DNA from: Nemertoderma westbladi
Lineage: Eukaryota > Animalia > Xenacoelomorpha
DNA: 64,000 nucleotides
NCBI GenBank assembly: GCA_032718475.1
Contig: JAUCBJ010007342.1
Span: 28,948-92,947 of the forward strand
Reading direction: 5' to 3'
The notes beneath the pieces are model-generated. The model ran no database searches and was not told where the DNA came from. It saw only the letters and a list, made by a program, of their open reading frames with translations. The position numbers and the translations under genes were made by a program. How positions within the stretch are numbered: the stretch's first letter is position 1; every line of letters starts with the position of its first letter. Shown here piece by piece: positions 32,842 through 42,077 of the stretch.

Positions 32842-33058
32842 TCAAGAGTACTCGGCCTTCGCTCGAATGGCGTCGTAGTTCGCAGAAACGCAGATATTGT
32901 AATTAAAATGTAATAAAATGTAAATAAAAGTGTATTGGCACCAATACAGTACACGGTACAGCAGTATTGTAGTAGCACAGCAGTACGGTACAGCAGCAAT
33001 TCAACGCAGTCTTCAGTACGCTACACAAATGAATGCCAATAGAAGTCGCTGAATATCA

Positions 33059-34699
33059 ATAGGAGTAACGCCAATCCCTACCTTCGGGTAGCAGATATGT
33101 GTAGCACCCACCCCTACATTCGGGTAGCAGATAGGAGTAGGAGTAGCGCCCATCCCTACCCTCGGGTAGCAGATAGGAGTAACGCCAATCCCTACCTTCG
33201 GGTAGCAGATATGTGTAGCACCCACCCCTACATTCGGGTAGCAGATAGGAGTAGCGCCCACCCCTACCCTCGGGTAGCAGAGAGGAGTAGCGGCCACCCC
33301 TACCCTCGGGTAGCAGATAGGAGTAGCGCCCACCCCTACCCTCGGGTAGCAGATAGGAGTAACACCAATCCCTACCTTCGGGTAGCAGATATGTGTAGCG
33401 CCGACCCCTACATTCGGGTAGCAGATAGGAGTAGCGCCCACCCCTACCCTCGGGTAGCAGAGAGGAGTAGCGCCCACCCCTACCCTCGGGTAGCAGATAG
33501 GAGTAGCGCCCACCCCTACCCTCGGGTAGTATATAGGAATAGCGCCCATCCCTACCTTCGGGTAGCAGATGTGTAGCGCCCACCCCCACCTTCGGGTAGC
33601 AGATAGGAGTAGCGCCCAGCCTTATCTTCGGGTAGCAGATAGGAGTAGCGCCCACCCCTACCTTCGGGTAGCAGATAGGAGTAGCGCCCACCCCTACCTT
33701 CGGGTAGCAGATAGGAGTAGCGCCTACCCCTACCTTCGGGTAGCAGATAGGAGTAGCGCCCACCCCTACCTATGGGTAGCAGATAGAAGTAGCGCCCACC
33801 CTTACCTTCGGGTAGCAGATAGGAATAGCGCCCACCCCTACCTTCGGGTGGCAGATAGGAGTAGCGCCTACCCCTACCTTCGGGTAGCAGATAGGAGTAG
33901 CGCCCACCCCTACCTTCGGGTAGCAGATAGGAGTAGCGCCCACCCCTACCTTCGGGTAGCAGATAGGAGTAGCGCCCACCCCTACCTTCGGGTAGCAGAT
34001 ACGAGTAGCGCCCACCCCTACCTTCGGGTAGCAGATAGGAGTAGCGCCCACCCCTACCGTCGGGTAGCAGATAGGAGTAGCGCCCACCCCTACCTTCGGG
34101 TAGCAGATAGGAGTAGCGCCCACCCTTACCCTCGGGTAGCAGATAGGAGTAGCGCCCACCCCTACCTTCGGGTAGCAGATAGGAGTAGCGCCTACCCCTA
34201 CCTTCGGGTAGCAGATAGGAGTAGCGCCCACCCCTACCTTATGGTAGCAGATAGGAGTAGCGACCATCCCTACCTTATGGTAGCAGATAGGAGTAGCGCC
34301 CACCCCTACCTTCGGGTAGCAGATAGGAGTAGCGCCTACCCCTACCTTCGGGTAGCAGATAGGAGTAGCGCCCACCCCTACCTTCGGGTAGCAGACAGGA
34401 GTAGCGCCTACCCCTACCTTCGGGTAGCAGATAGGAGTAGCGCCTACCCCTACCTTCGGGTAGCAGATAGGAGTAGCGCCCACCCCTACCTTCGGGTAGC
34501 AGACAGGAGTAGTGCCTACCCCTACCTTCGGGTAGCAGATAGGAGTAGCGCACACCCCTACCTTCGGGTAGCAGATAGGAGTAGCGCACACCCCTACCTT
34601 CGGGTAGCAGATAGGAGTAGCGCCCACCCCTACCCTCGGGTAGCAGAGAGGAGTAGCGCCCACCCCTACCCTCGGGTAGCAGATAGGAGTAGCGCCCAC
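33059..34699. repeat. 36-bp satellite, right block (about 45 units)
   Basis: Same unit and orientation as 23706-24851. Confidence 0.97.
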
Positions 34700-36488
34700 T
34701 GTAAGGGTCCAGTAGTATACCGCTTACCAGATCCTAGTAACGATGTATCTTACTATGAGACTCTAGTAATGTATACGGGCTTGTACAGTATCTGACAACA
34801 AATCCCAGTCCAGGATATCTAAACAAACAGATATAGTACACAAACGACTACTGGCGAGGAACAGAGCCTTGTATCTATTCTATGTACGTGAGCGGGTCGA
34901 ATGCCTACGTACTAGACAGAAGGATACCTGTCCTCTAACCGGTGAGGCAGATGTACAGTTACAGTAACAGACCAAACTCACGGGAAAACAATCCCCGCGC
35001 AGCGAATCCTAACTATCACTGACAGTCCTAAATACAGTAACTTGCCGCGGTGTGATTTATATGGTTTATATACGAACTAGGTGGTTAACAGACCTAGTGT
35101 AACAATGCTGATCATCCCTGTCGAAATCAGCCTAAAGGTCGTGCCTAAATGTAACAATAACTGATCCCCCTGTACGAAATCAGTCTAAAAGGTCAGGCCT
35201 AAATGTAACAATACCGTTGTCCAGACAAACAACAGTTTAATAACGAAAGTGAAATACTCCTTATCTTGCCGCAACTAAATCAGATCCTAATTTTACAAAT
35301 ACAGATAATTTCTACCTAACGTAATGTATAGTACGCTATAGCTAGTAGAACTTTAAGGGCGATATGTTTTAGGGCGTGTGTGTGTGGGTGTGTTACAAAT
35401 AAAACAATTTCGTGTAATTCCTTTTACTAGGTTTTAATGATTTTCTGACTAAAATGATACCGTGCGCTAGCTACTAAAATAAACTAGTCGCGTTTGTAGA
35501 ACTTTATACTCACGAATGACGTCAAAGCTCTCTCCTTCCTATCCACAACCCAATGGGCAACCACAGTGTTAGTAACTACACCCGTGATCGGCACTAATAC
35601 CAGATTCTGGTTGTAAGATAAGAATAGGGGTTAATCGCTACCGTACGTTAGCTGATCTGGTATACTAATTTAATTCTAGAACTTTGTTGCTGCGGTAGTT
35701 AGCAGCAATACCTATCAGTACGTGGCAAGGCGCGGTAGGATATTAATAAACCTCCCTAGGCCAAGCAGTGTGCCGGTAGCAGAAATGCTCCTTGCCTGAT
35801 CAAATAGCTAACTCCAGACAGGGGGGGGGGGGGGGTACTAATGTACATTCTACAAAGCGAACCGGTACCAAACAGTCAGTGCTATGAATCACTAAATTAT
35901 GGAACGTATGCTGTCCGTACCTAATATGTACTCGCGTACTGACGAATGGCAATAGTTCGCACCTGTAGGAAGTACAGGTTAACCCAGGGATTCGTAGGAC
36001 TTGACAAAGGGGGGGTGTCTGGATATAATTATTTGATCCTAAATTTGCGGCGTCCAGTACGGTGTCACGCTTACCCTGATCTATAGGTCTTACGGCGGGC
36101 AAGGGCGTCGAACAAAGTCTTACCTTCTCACAAAGCGGGCGCTGCATAGCAAGTGGAGTATTTCGAAGGGGCAAAGGGGGTGCGCGGTCAATCCAAATGT
36201 GGGCGCTAGCGTGTTGTGGACATCCCTTCCCTGCGTTGCTTACGGCCTAACGATCTAGGCTGCCATCTCCCTGGTGTTCGGCTGTCCCGAAGTCGGACCA
36301 AAAGAAAACATGTCAGGAAATTGCAGTATATTTACAGTTTTACAAAAGGATTTATCAAATAAAGTTTCAACAAGAAACCGAATTAACTAATTTTACAAGA
36401 ATAAACGATATCAGGATGATAACATGAGTAAGGAGTGATAACCGAAGGCAAACCGGCCTTTTATACTAGAAATTGCACATGGAAACTA

Positions 36489-36690
36489 AACAGAATTTTC
36501 CACAGCTTCACAATTGAGCAATAAAGTGCTTCGTGCTCTATGATTGGCCCAGCTCATCGTTCAACGCAGTCCGGCCCTTACACTAATCTGGGACATGGAA
36601 TCCTAACAGAATTTTCCACTGCCTCACATTTGAGCAATAAGATAATTTATGCCCTATGATTAGCCTGGCTCATCATTCGCTACGCTGTAC
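36489..36690. promoter_or_regulatory. About 116-bp tandem duplication with CCAAT-like boxes in U3 (also in the 5' LTR)
   Basis: aacagaattttccac...tgagcaataa...ctatgatt(g/a)gc...gctcatc occurs twice; the enhancer role is inference. Confidence 0.5.
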
Positions 36691-36750
36691 GCTTCTCATT
36701 GGCCTACCAATTAGCACCACACGAAAATAAATGGCCCCAAAATACAAATT

Positions 36751-36819
36751 TCCCGACTGGGATTCGAACTCGTAACCTACGTAATGTAACCAACGCCTTA
36801 ACCATCTGACCACTACGCC
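36751..36819 (-). other. tRNA-derived Pol III-like cassette inside the 3' LTR
   Basis: A box TGGTCAGATGG, B box GAGTTCGAATCC, TTTT about 10 nt downstream; acceptor and anticodon arms do not pair. Confidence 0.65.
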
Positions 36820-36963
36820 ACGAGAGTACCTAAGGGTTTTATGTGTACAAATATGAATAGGCATATTACATTACTGTAACTTAATCAAAATACGTCGGAT
36901 TTTCAAAAGTTTTTACGTTAAAGTTAAACTACAAATGCTACCTTATAGTGAAATAATTCATCA

Positions 36964-36973
36964 CCGCTCCATG
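36964..36973 (-). promoter_or_regulatory. Polypurine tract of element 2
   Basis: Sense strand CATGGAGCGG immediately before the TGATG start of the 3' LTR. Confidence 0.6.
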
Positions 36974-37588
36974 AAAACAGTAAGTAAGACTGTTTTCACC
37001 AATCGAAATATAAAATATTTACAAACTATTTCTAAATTTACTAGTAGGGCCTAAAATATAAAATATAATCACTATCTAATTATTGCATACTTAATATTGC
37101 AGATACGGCGTAAATACAATCGATCGTACATATAAATACAAATTTACGAATTAACTTTAGTGCCTAAAATACAAAAAAAAGGCTTTCGGTTATCAAGGTA
37201 AACAAATTAAACAAATCAGAACAAATAAATCAAACAAATCAAACAAATAAATCAAACTCTTTCGATAAATCTTTATATATTGTAAATATACATAATAAAC
37301 CTTCACCAAATTAAATCTGTCCAAATATAATATAAACATAATGCGCTAATAACTTTCAAATGAGTCCTCCTGACGATCTAAAAAGTTCGTCCTGCTGGTC
37401 TGGATATCTTCTCCTGAGCACTAATTGCTAACGGTAGGCTCGCAAGCCTTCCTTCCATATCTCGCTCCTCCAAACCCAACATTCAAACATAATGTCCAAT
37501 ATAAATATCCAAATAAAATATCCAAATATAACATCCAAATATAATATCCAAAATCGGTAGGCTCGCAAGCCTTCCTTCCACTCGCTTC

Positions 37589-39358
37589 CTATTCCTTCGC
37601 TGAGCGGGCTCGTCCACGTCCTCTAGTGCGATTGGGGGGTGGTCGAGGTCGAACTGGGCTCGGACTTCGGCGTCGAGTCGTCGGTGGTTCCAAAACGCTA
37701 GGAAAGGGGACGACGGGAGTTTCGCACATCCGTCGTGCGCTCAATCCTCTAAATCCTCGTCCGATTCCAACTGTCGACTTAACATCGGATCGAGTTTCTA
37801 CAACGCTAGGAGGAAGTCGAAAGGGTAGGACTGTTCCGTCCGTTGACACCTCGCTCTCTGACGTCGTTTGAATCCTAATGGGTTCAGTCAAAGCGTATCC
37901 TGTCCCTCCGCGTGGTTCTCTAGCAAGGGAAACCGTGCCCCGAGTCATCCGGATTTGCGACTTCGATGTCGTCCTCTCGGCGACATTCACTATCTTCTTA
38001 ATCTCTTGTCCGGCCTTCTGGGCTTTGAGTATACGAAATTGCTGATCATCCTGTGGGTGACGCGTCTTCTCCGCTAACGGCGTGGCCTTGAAGCCAGTCT
38101 CACGCAAAACGTCGGTCTCGTCCAGAATGCACGAGGTTACGCGTTTGTGATAAAATGCGCTCCGGTATGCCCAAGCTATCGAATGCCAGGCTCCTCGATT
38201 CCGCTGTTCAACTCGCAGTTTATCGAATTCTCCGGCGGTAATCTTGTTCACCACAGTTTGAAAGTTCCAAGTATTCTTGTTGTCCGGGTGCACTTGTAAG
38301 AAATAGTCCCGCACAACTTTGAATCCACTGTCCAACGGCAATATATCCAATACCTCCAACAATTCATCGTACTGAGGCATAGCCGATACATATCCTTCCT
38401 TTGACATTATGAGAGGGTTTACGGCCCAAAATCCCAAATGTGCTCTCATAGGGAAGCGGCGTCGCTGCGTCGATACATGCTCGTCTGCTAGATCCTCCCA
38501 ATGGTCGAATAATTGTCGAACGATTTTAACTGACATGTGCTCATAGGGGACGTCTCTAAGTTGACATTCAGATGCCCTATGGCCCTTAATATTACAATAA
38601 ATACACTGCGCCACGAAACGCCAGCAAGTGTAGAAAGTGTGCGAACGTTGATCCCCGCACCAGTTGCATACTAGATCCGGTAGAGATATGTGCTTCGCTC
38701 CGCACTTCTTTGCGTGATGGCCAGTTGCTCCACATCTGCCACATATAGTGTTGGCAGGATACCAAACTCGCTCATAGATGAGGTCTCCGATGGGGCGAGC
38801 GCTACCGTCCACGTGATAATTCTCATCATCCGGGTCAGTCGGTATGTTCGTCTCCGTAGGTTGTACACAAACCATGGCATCGCTTTTCTCTAACTCGCGT
38901 ATCTCAGTTCGCGTCTTCCTTGGAAGGTTCTCTTCTATTTCTATGAGTTGCCGTAACGGTTCGTCTATTAGCGCCAACTCGGTCGGATCCACATCGTCAT
39001 GATGGGCGGTAGGCTCGCGAGCCTTCCAGGATCCTTCCGGGCGTTCGAATTCCGCGTGGCGTTCCCCGTCATAGGGTACTAACGTTAACATCGACGGTCT
39101 GTCAACTAGACTTCCCGCGTGAGTGAGATAGACGTCCCTGAAAACGCTAAGTCCCGCTCGCGTGAAAACTTCGCAGTGCGCATCGGTGTTATAAAAGGGT
39201 TGGAGAAATCGTCGGAATACATCAGTATGCGTCCTTCCTCCATCGTAAAAGGTATGTCCTTCGCCAAGACATAACGGGTGTCGCTTTAAGGTTCTGGATA
39301 CTACGTCCGCGATGAAACAAACGTTAACCGAAGATTCTATCGCTAAATAGTATTGCAA
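37589..39358 (-). CDS. ORF3 of element 2, C-terminal part: ExoIII-like motif, three CCHC zinc knuckles, basic R/S/P tail
   Basis: QYYLAIE; CGRCGATGHHAKKC, CNWCGDQRSHTFYTC, CIYCNIKGHRASEC. In frame with 41344..39374 across a single TGA. Confidence 0.82.
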   Translation of the reverse strand: MQYYLAIESSVNVCFIADVVSRTLKRHPLCLGEGHTFYDGGRTHTDVFRRFLQPFYNTDAHCEVFTRAGLSVFRDVYLTHAGSLVDRPSMLTLVPYDGERHAEFERPEGSWKAREPTAHHDDVDPTELALIDEPLRQLIEIEENLPRKTRTEIRELEKSDAMVCVQPTETNIPTDPDDENYHVDGSARPIGDLIYERVWYPANTICGRCGATGHHAKKCGAKHISLPDLVCNWCGDQRSHTFYTCWRFVAQCIYCNIKGHRASECQLRDVPYEHMSVKIVRQLFDHWEDLADEHVSTQRRRFPMRAHLGFWAVNPLIMSKEGYVSAMPQYDELLEVLDILPLDSGFKVVRDYFLQVHPDNKNTWNFQTVVNKITAGEFDKLRVEQRNRGAWHSIAWAYRSAFYHKRVTSCILDETDVLRETGFKATPLAEKTRHPQDDQQFRILKAQKAGQEIKKIVNVAERTTSKSQIRMTRGTVSLAREPRGGTGYALTEPIRIQTTSESEVSTDGTVLPFRLPPSVVETRSDVKSTVGIGRGFRGLSARRMCETPVVPFPSVLEPPTTRRRSPSPVRPRPPPNRTRGRGRARSAKE

Positions 39359-39373
39359 GATTATCCGCGGAGG

Positions 39374-41344
39374 TCAAGTAATCGCCCAATACACGCAACC
39401 TCGCCACTTCAACTGTGACTCGAACTCATTTACGCCGGGGGTATCTCCCTCTCCGTATACGTCCGTGTATTTGTTCCTCTTACTCTCCTTGTAATCCCAA
39501 CTGAACATCAGATATGAGATATAACCCGTCCCAGTTTTTAGCGTGTTATACTCTCTAAAGTATCCTTGCTCAATAGCCCAAAGCAACAATGGTCTAGTAT
39601 CCACGTATGGCGTAGGCAATCGGTCCTCTTCCGTGGGCATCCCTGCAAAGTCGCTAATGAGGTCATCCCGTACACCGGATCCGATCTTGACGATGCTCTT
39701 ATCCAACACAACGTCTCGCACGGCCTTTGGCAACATCCTAGCTTCTATGCTACAAGCCAGGTCCATGGATTTAACTATCCGTTTTATCATCGCGTGTCTT
39801 TGCGTCGTTCCTTCCGGCATAGGCATCTTCCTATCACTCCTCTGTCGGCTGAAGACATGTAACACGCCATCTGGTGCTCTAATCTGTATCGTCTTTGAAG
39901 TGAGGCTTTGCTGATGGCTTCCTCCTTCATTATCGTAAAACATATATCCATTCTCTTTCAGAGATCGGCTAGTCACGTCCCAATCGTCGAGTAAATCATC
40001 GGTAGGGTTCCAAATTCTCCCGATCGACTTTTCATCATCGAAACTAATAGGTTTACCAGTCCAATTGGTCGCGATATCGGTGTCGGTCTCAAACGTCCCA
40101 ACTCCGATCCATAATCGAATCGTTTTCGTCAGATATCCTCGCAAGATACAAGGTGCGATATCCGTCCCCGCGCGATCCACTTCCTTAAAGTCCGTGATAT
40201 GTGGAGGCACGTTGCGTACGATTTTTTGAACTATTACTTTACGCAACTCGGTTGATTCTAACACATCACCGAAGGTGACCGATGGGAGGAAATCCAGGTT
40301 CGAGATGATCTCCGGGTGTTCAACTATAGGGATCTCGTAAGTTGTCTCCTTCCGGGTCGGTATACTAATAGGAAAACTAGTTGGTCTCGCAACCGGTACT
40401 ATTGCTCCAGTAGAATGGGGCTGAGGTTCTCGCGTCATCTCAACGTGAGGTATCTGTAGTCTCTGCGACAAACGCTGAGCAAAGGTGATACTATCGAAGA
40501 GCTCGGGTGTCATCTCCTTGGGTTCGGTTTGATCGTGGGATATCCAATAGAATGGTAGGCTCGCAAGCCTTCCGCCGAACTCCTCGATCTCGCCTTTCTC
40601 GTACGCCTTGTACGCCCTGTAGAGGCTCAAAGCTTCCCGTTTCTCTTGTGTCGACTTGTTAGACTCGTCCACTACCATGCTGTAGACGTCTGGTTCGACT
40701 AATTTAGGTTCGTAAATAACGATCTCACCCGCGTTCGGTCCACTCATCTTAAATGAATGATACGGATTTGTCAAAGGGTATCCGCCTTCTTGGTAACGTA
40801 GACTTTGGTGGTGTGAACATCGCGCTAATATCGGCTCGGGGTTCTCCGAATTCAACCGCATAGGAATCGCGTTGTCTTGCTCGCGCATACACGCTCCACA
40901 TTTATAAAACAGTTTGTATACGGAAAACGCGTCCTTGGTCTCTGGATCCGCTCCTCGAGCGCGTCTATAAAGATGCATTCCTTCAAATTCGTCTCTAGCT
41001 GCAGGTAAAGGTTCGTTTACCGTCAAATATTGCAGCGTATGATACAATCGGCGTATTTCGGTGTCTGGATCCTCGCAAATGTCGCTAGCGTCGCATAACG
41101 CATCGTAGGGATATAACGCATTGTATTCCGCGCGTAATTCCTCCGTTCTTTTGTTGTATGCGTCCAACCGCTGTCGCGTAACATTCGGGTCCGCCTTGGA
41201 TTTAGCGAGCTTGGCCGTACTCCTAGCCATACTCTCCACTCCAAACACACTAAAGTTTTTAGCTCCATAACGATTGAATGGCGCCTGGTGCTCCTGTTCT
41301 TGCGTAAACCCTTGACGTAACTCTTTATACATCTTCTCCGCCAT
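39374..41344 (-). CDS. ORF3 of element 2, N-terminal part: CxxC...CxxH domain plus DEDDy-type (WRN/EXD/RNase D-like) exonuclease
   Basis: ExoI FYDNEG; LPKAVRDVVLDKSIVKIGSGVRDDL fits the LP..L..ll.d..i.KvG.gi..D ExoII pattern; YVDT; homologous to ORF 1798..2. Confidence 0.82.
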   Translation of the reverse strand: MAEKMYKELRQGFTQEQEHQAPFNRYGAKNFSVFGVESMARSTAKLAKSKADPNVTRQRLDAYNKRTEELRAEYNALYPYDALCDASDICEDPDTEIRRLYHTLQYLTVNEPLPAARDEFEGMHLYRRARGADPETKDAFSVYKLFYKCGACMREQDNAIPMRLNSENPEPILARCSHHQSLRYQEGGYPLTNPYHSFKMSGPNAGEIVIYEPKLVEPDVYSMVVDESNKSTQEKREALSLYRAYKAYEKGEIEEFGGRLASLPFYWISHDQTEPKEMTPELFDSITFAQRLSQRLQIPHVEMTREPQPHSTGAIVPVARPTSFPISIPTRKETTYEIPIVEHPEIISNLDFLPSVTFGDVLESTELRKVIVQKIVRNVPPHITDFKEVDRAGTDIAPCILRGYLTKTIRLWIGVGTFETDTDIATNWTGKPISFDDEKSIGRIWNPTDDLLDDWDVTSRSLKENGYMFYDNEGGSHQQSLTSKTIQIRAPDGVLHVFSRQRSDRKMPMPEGTTQRHAMIKRIVKSMDLACSIEARMLPKAVRDVVLDKSIVKIGSGVRDDLISDFAGMPTEEDRLPTPYVDTRPLLLWAIEQGYFREYNTLKTGTGYISYLMFSWDYKESKRNKYTDVYGEGDTPGVNEFESQLKWRGCVYWAIT

Positions 41345-41384
41345 CGTATACGAATATATGCGGTTACATATCGTTACGTTTCTA

Positions 41385-41415
41385 CTAGATGAAGCACAAA
41401 ATAGAGGTTAGATGT
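41385..41415 (-). promoter_or_regulatory. Candidate 3' splice site upstream of ORF3
   Basis: Sense ACATCTAAC branch point, pyrimidine tract, TAG/TAG. The same ACATCTAAC...CAG occurs at 1882-1860 in element 1. Confidence 0.6.
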
Positions 41416-42077
41416 GAGGTGACTCCAGAGTTTGTTGGTTTTTGGCTCAACTCTGCTCTAAACCCCAACCCATTTTGCCTAATGATTTCGGGTTCGCGTG
41501 ATTTCGCACTGGCTCCTAATCCAAAATTGTGCCGATAAAAAACGAATTCCGGGTAAACTAGCCGCGAGTCTAAAATACTCACCTTTTAATTTCCCAAACT
41601 ACGTTTCCCAAGAAAATAATGCAGTCGAGAATTAATTGGTCAAAATAATAGTAGACACGACTACGTAGAACAAGACCGATTTTCTTTTCCAAAAAAAAAT
41701 TTATCGGTAGGCTCGCAAGCCTTCCATCCGCTCTTGTCCTCCCCAATTTTAATTTTATCTAGCTGTATTCTAGAATTTGCTTTCACTGGAGAATCGTTTT
41801 TCTTAAATTTAAATCCAAATAAATGGATTTGTCTAATAATTTTTGAAAAATTGTCTCACTTGTGGGTTCCAAGTGGAATTCCATTCCTACTGTACACACA
41901 ATCCCGCTCCTATGTGATACATAAGGGTACTACCCTCCATGTTCACGTATAAAGACAATGGAATTCCACCGCTGTCTCTATCTACAGTGAAGAGGATTAC
42001 AAATGCACGTACAGTAATACAAATACAAATAACTAAAATACAGTAGGTCTATGTGGCGGCCAACAAAGGTCCCACAT

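Larger units (their letters stand above)
24852..33058 (-). mobile_element. Full-length LINE (CR1/L2-group-like, APE endonuclease), 8.2 kb
   Basis: ORF1 plus APE-RT ORF2; 3' A10 tail (T-run 24852-24861); both ends abut the 36-bp satellite with a shared ATA. Confidence 0.9.
34700..36963 (-). repeat. 3' LTR of element 2 (2264 bp)
   Basis: tgtaagggtcc...aattcatca; near-identical to 53109-55381 (about 20 substitutions by eye plus a few indels). Confidence 0.93.

Noticed and set aside
23583-34795. 36-bp hairpin repeat as a CRISPR array or as repeat proteins (GATPICYPKVGV etc.)
   Set aside because: Units are directly adjacent with no unique spacers, there are no cas genes, the context is eukaryotic, and the ORFs are open on both strands only because of the repeat.
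35800-36174. 124-aa ORF in the LTR (copy at 54216-54575)
   Set aside because: Starts at TTG, has no recognisable motif, differs in frame at a G homopolymer between copies, and is duplicated only because the LTR is.
36751-36819. Functional tRNA gene, or the element's own RT primer
   Set aside because: Acceptor, anticodon and T stems do not pair, and its 3' end is not complementary to the PBS position.
27186-39376. TGA reassigned to a sense codon (both in-frame interruptions are TGA while the long ORFs end in TAA/TAG)
   Set aside because: Only two TGAs in more than ten thousand codons of long ORFs; CGA/TGG point mutation explains them more simply.
37589-41344. ORF3 as an envelope gene
   Set aside because: No signal peptide, transmembrane helix or fusion-peptide-like segment; exonuclease and knuckle motifs are present instead.
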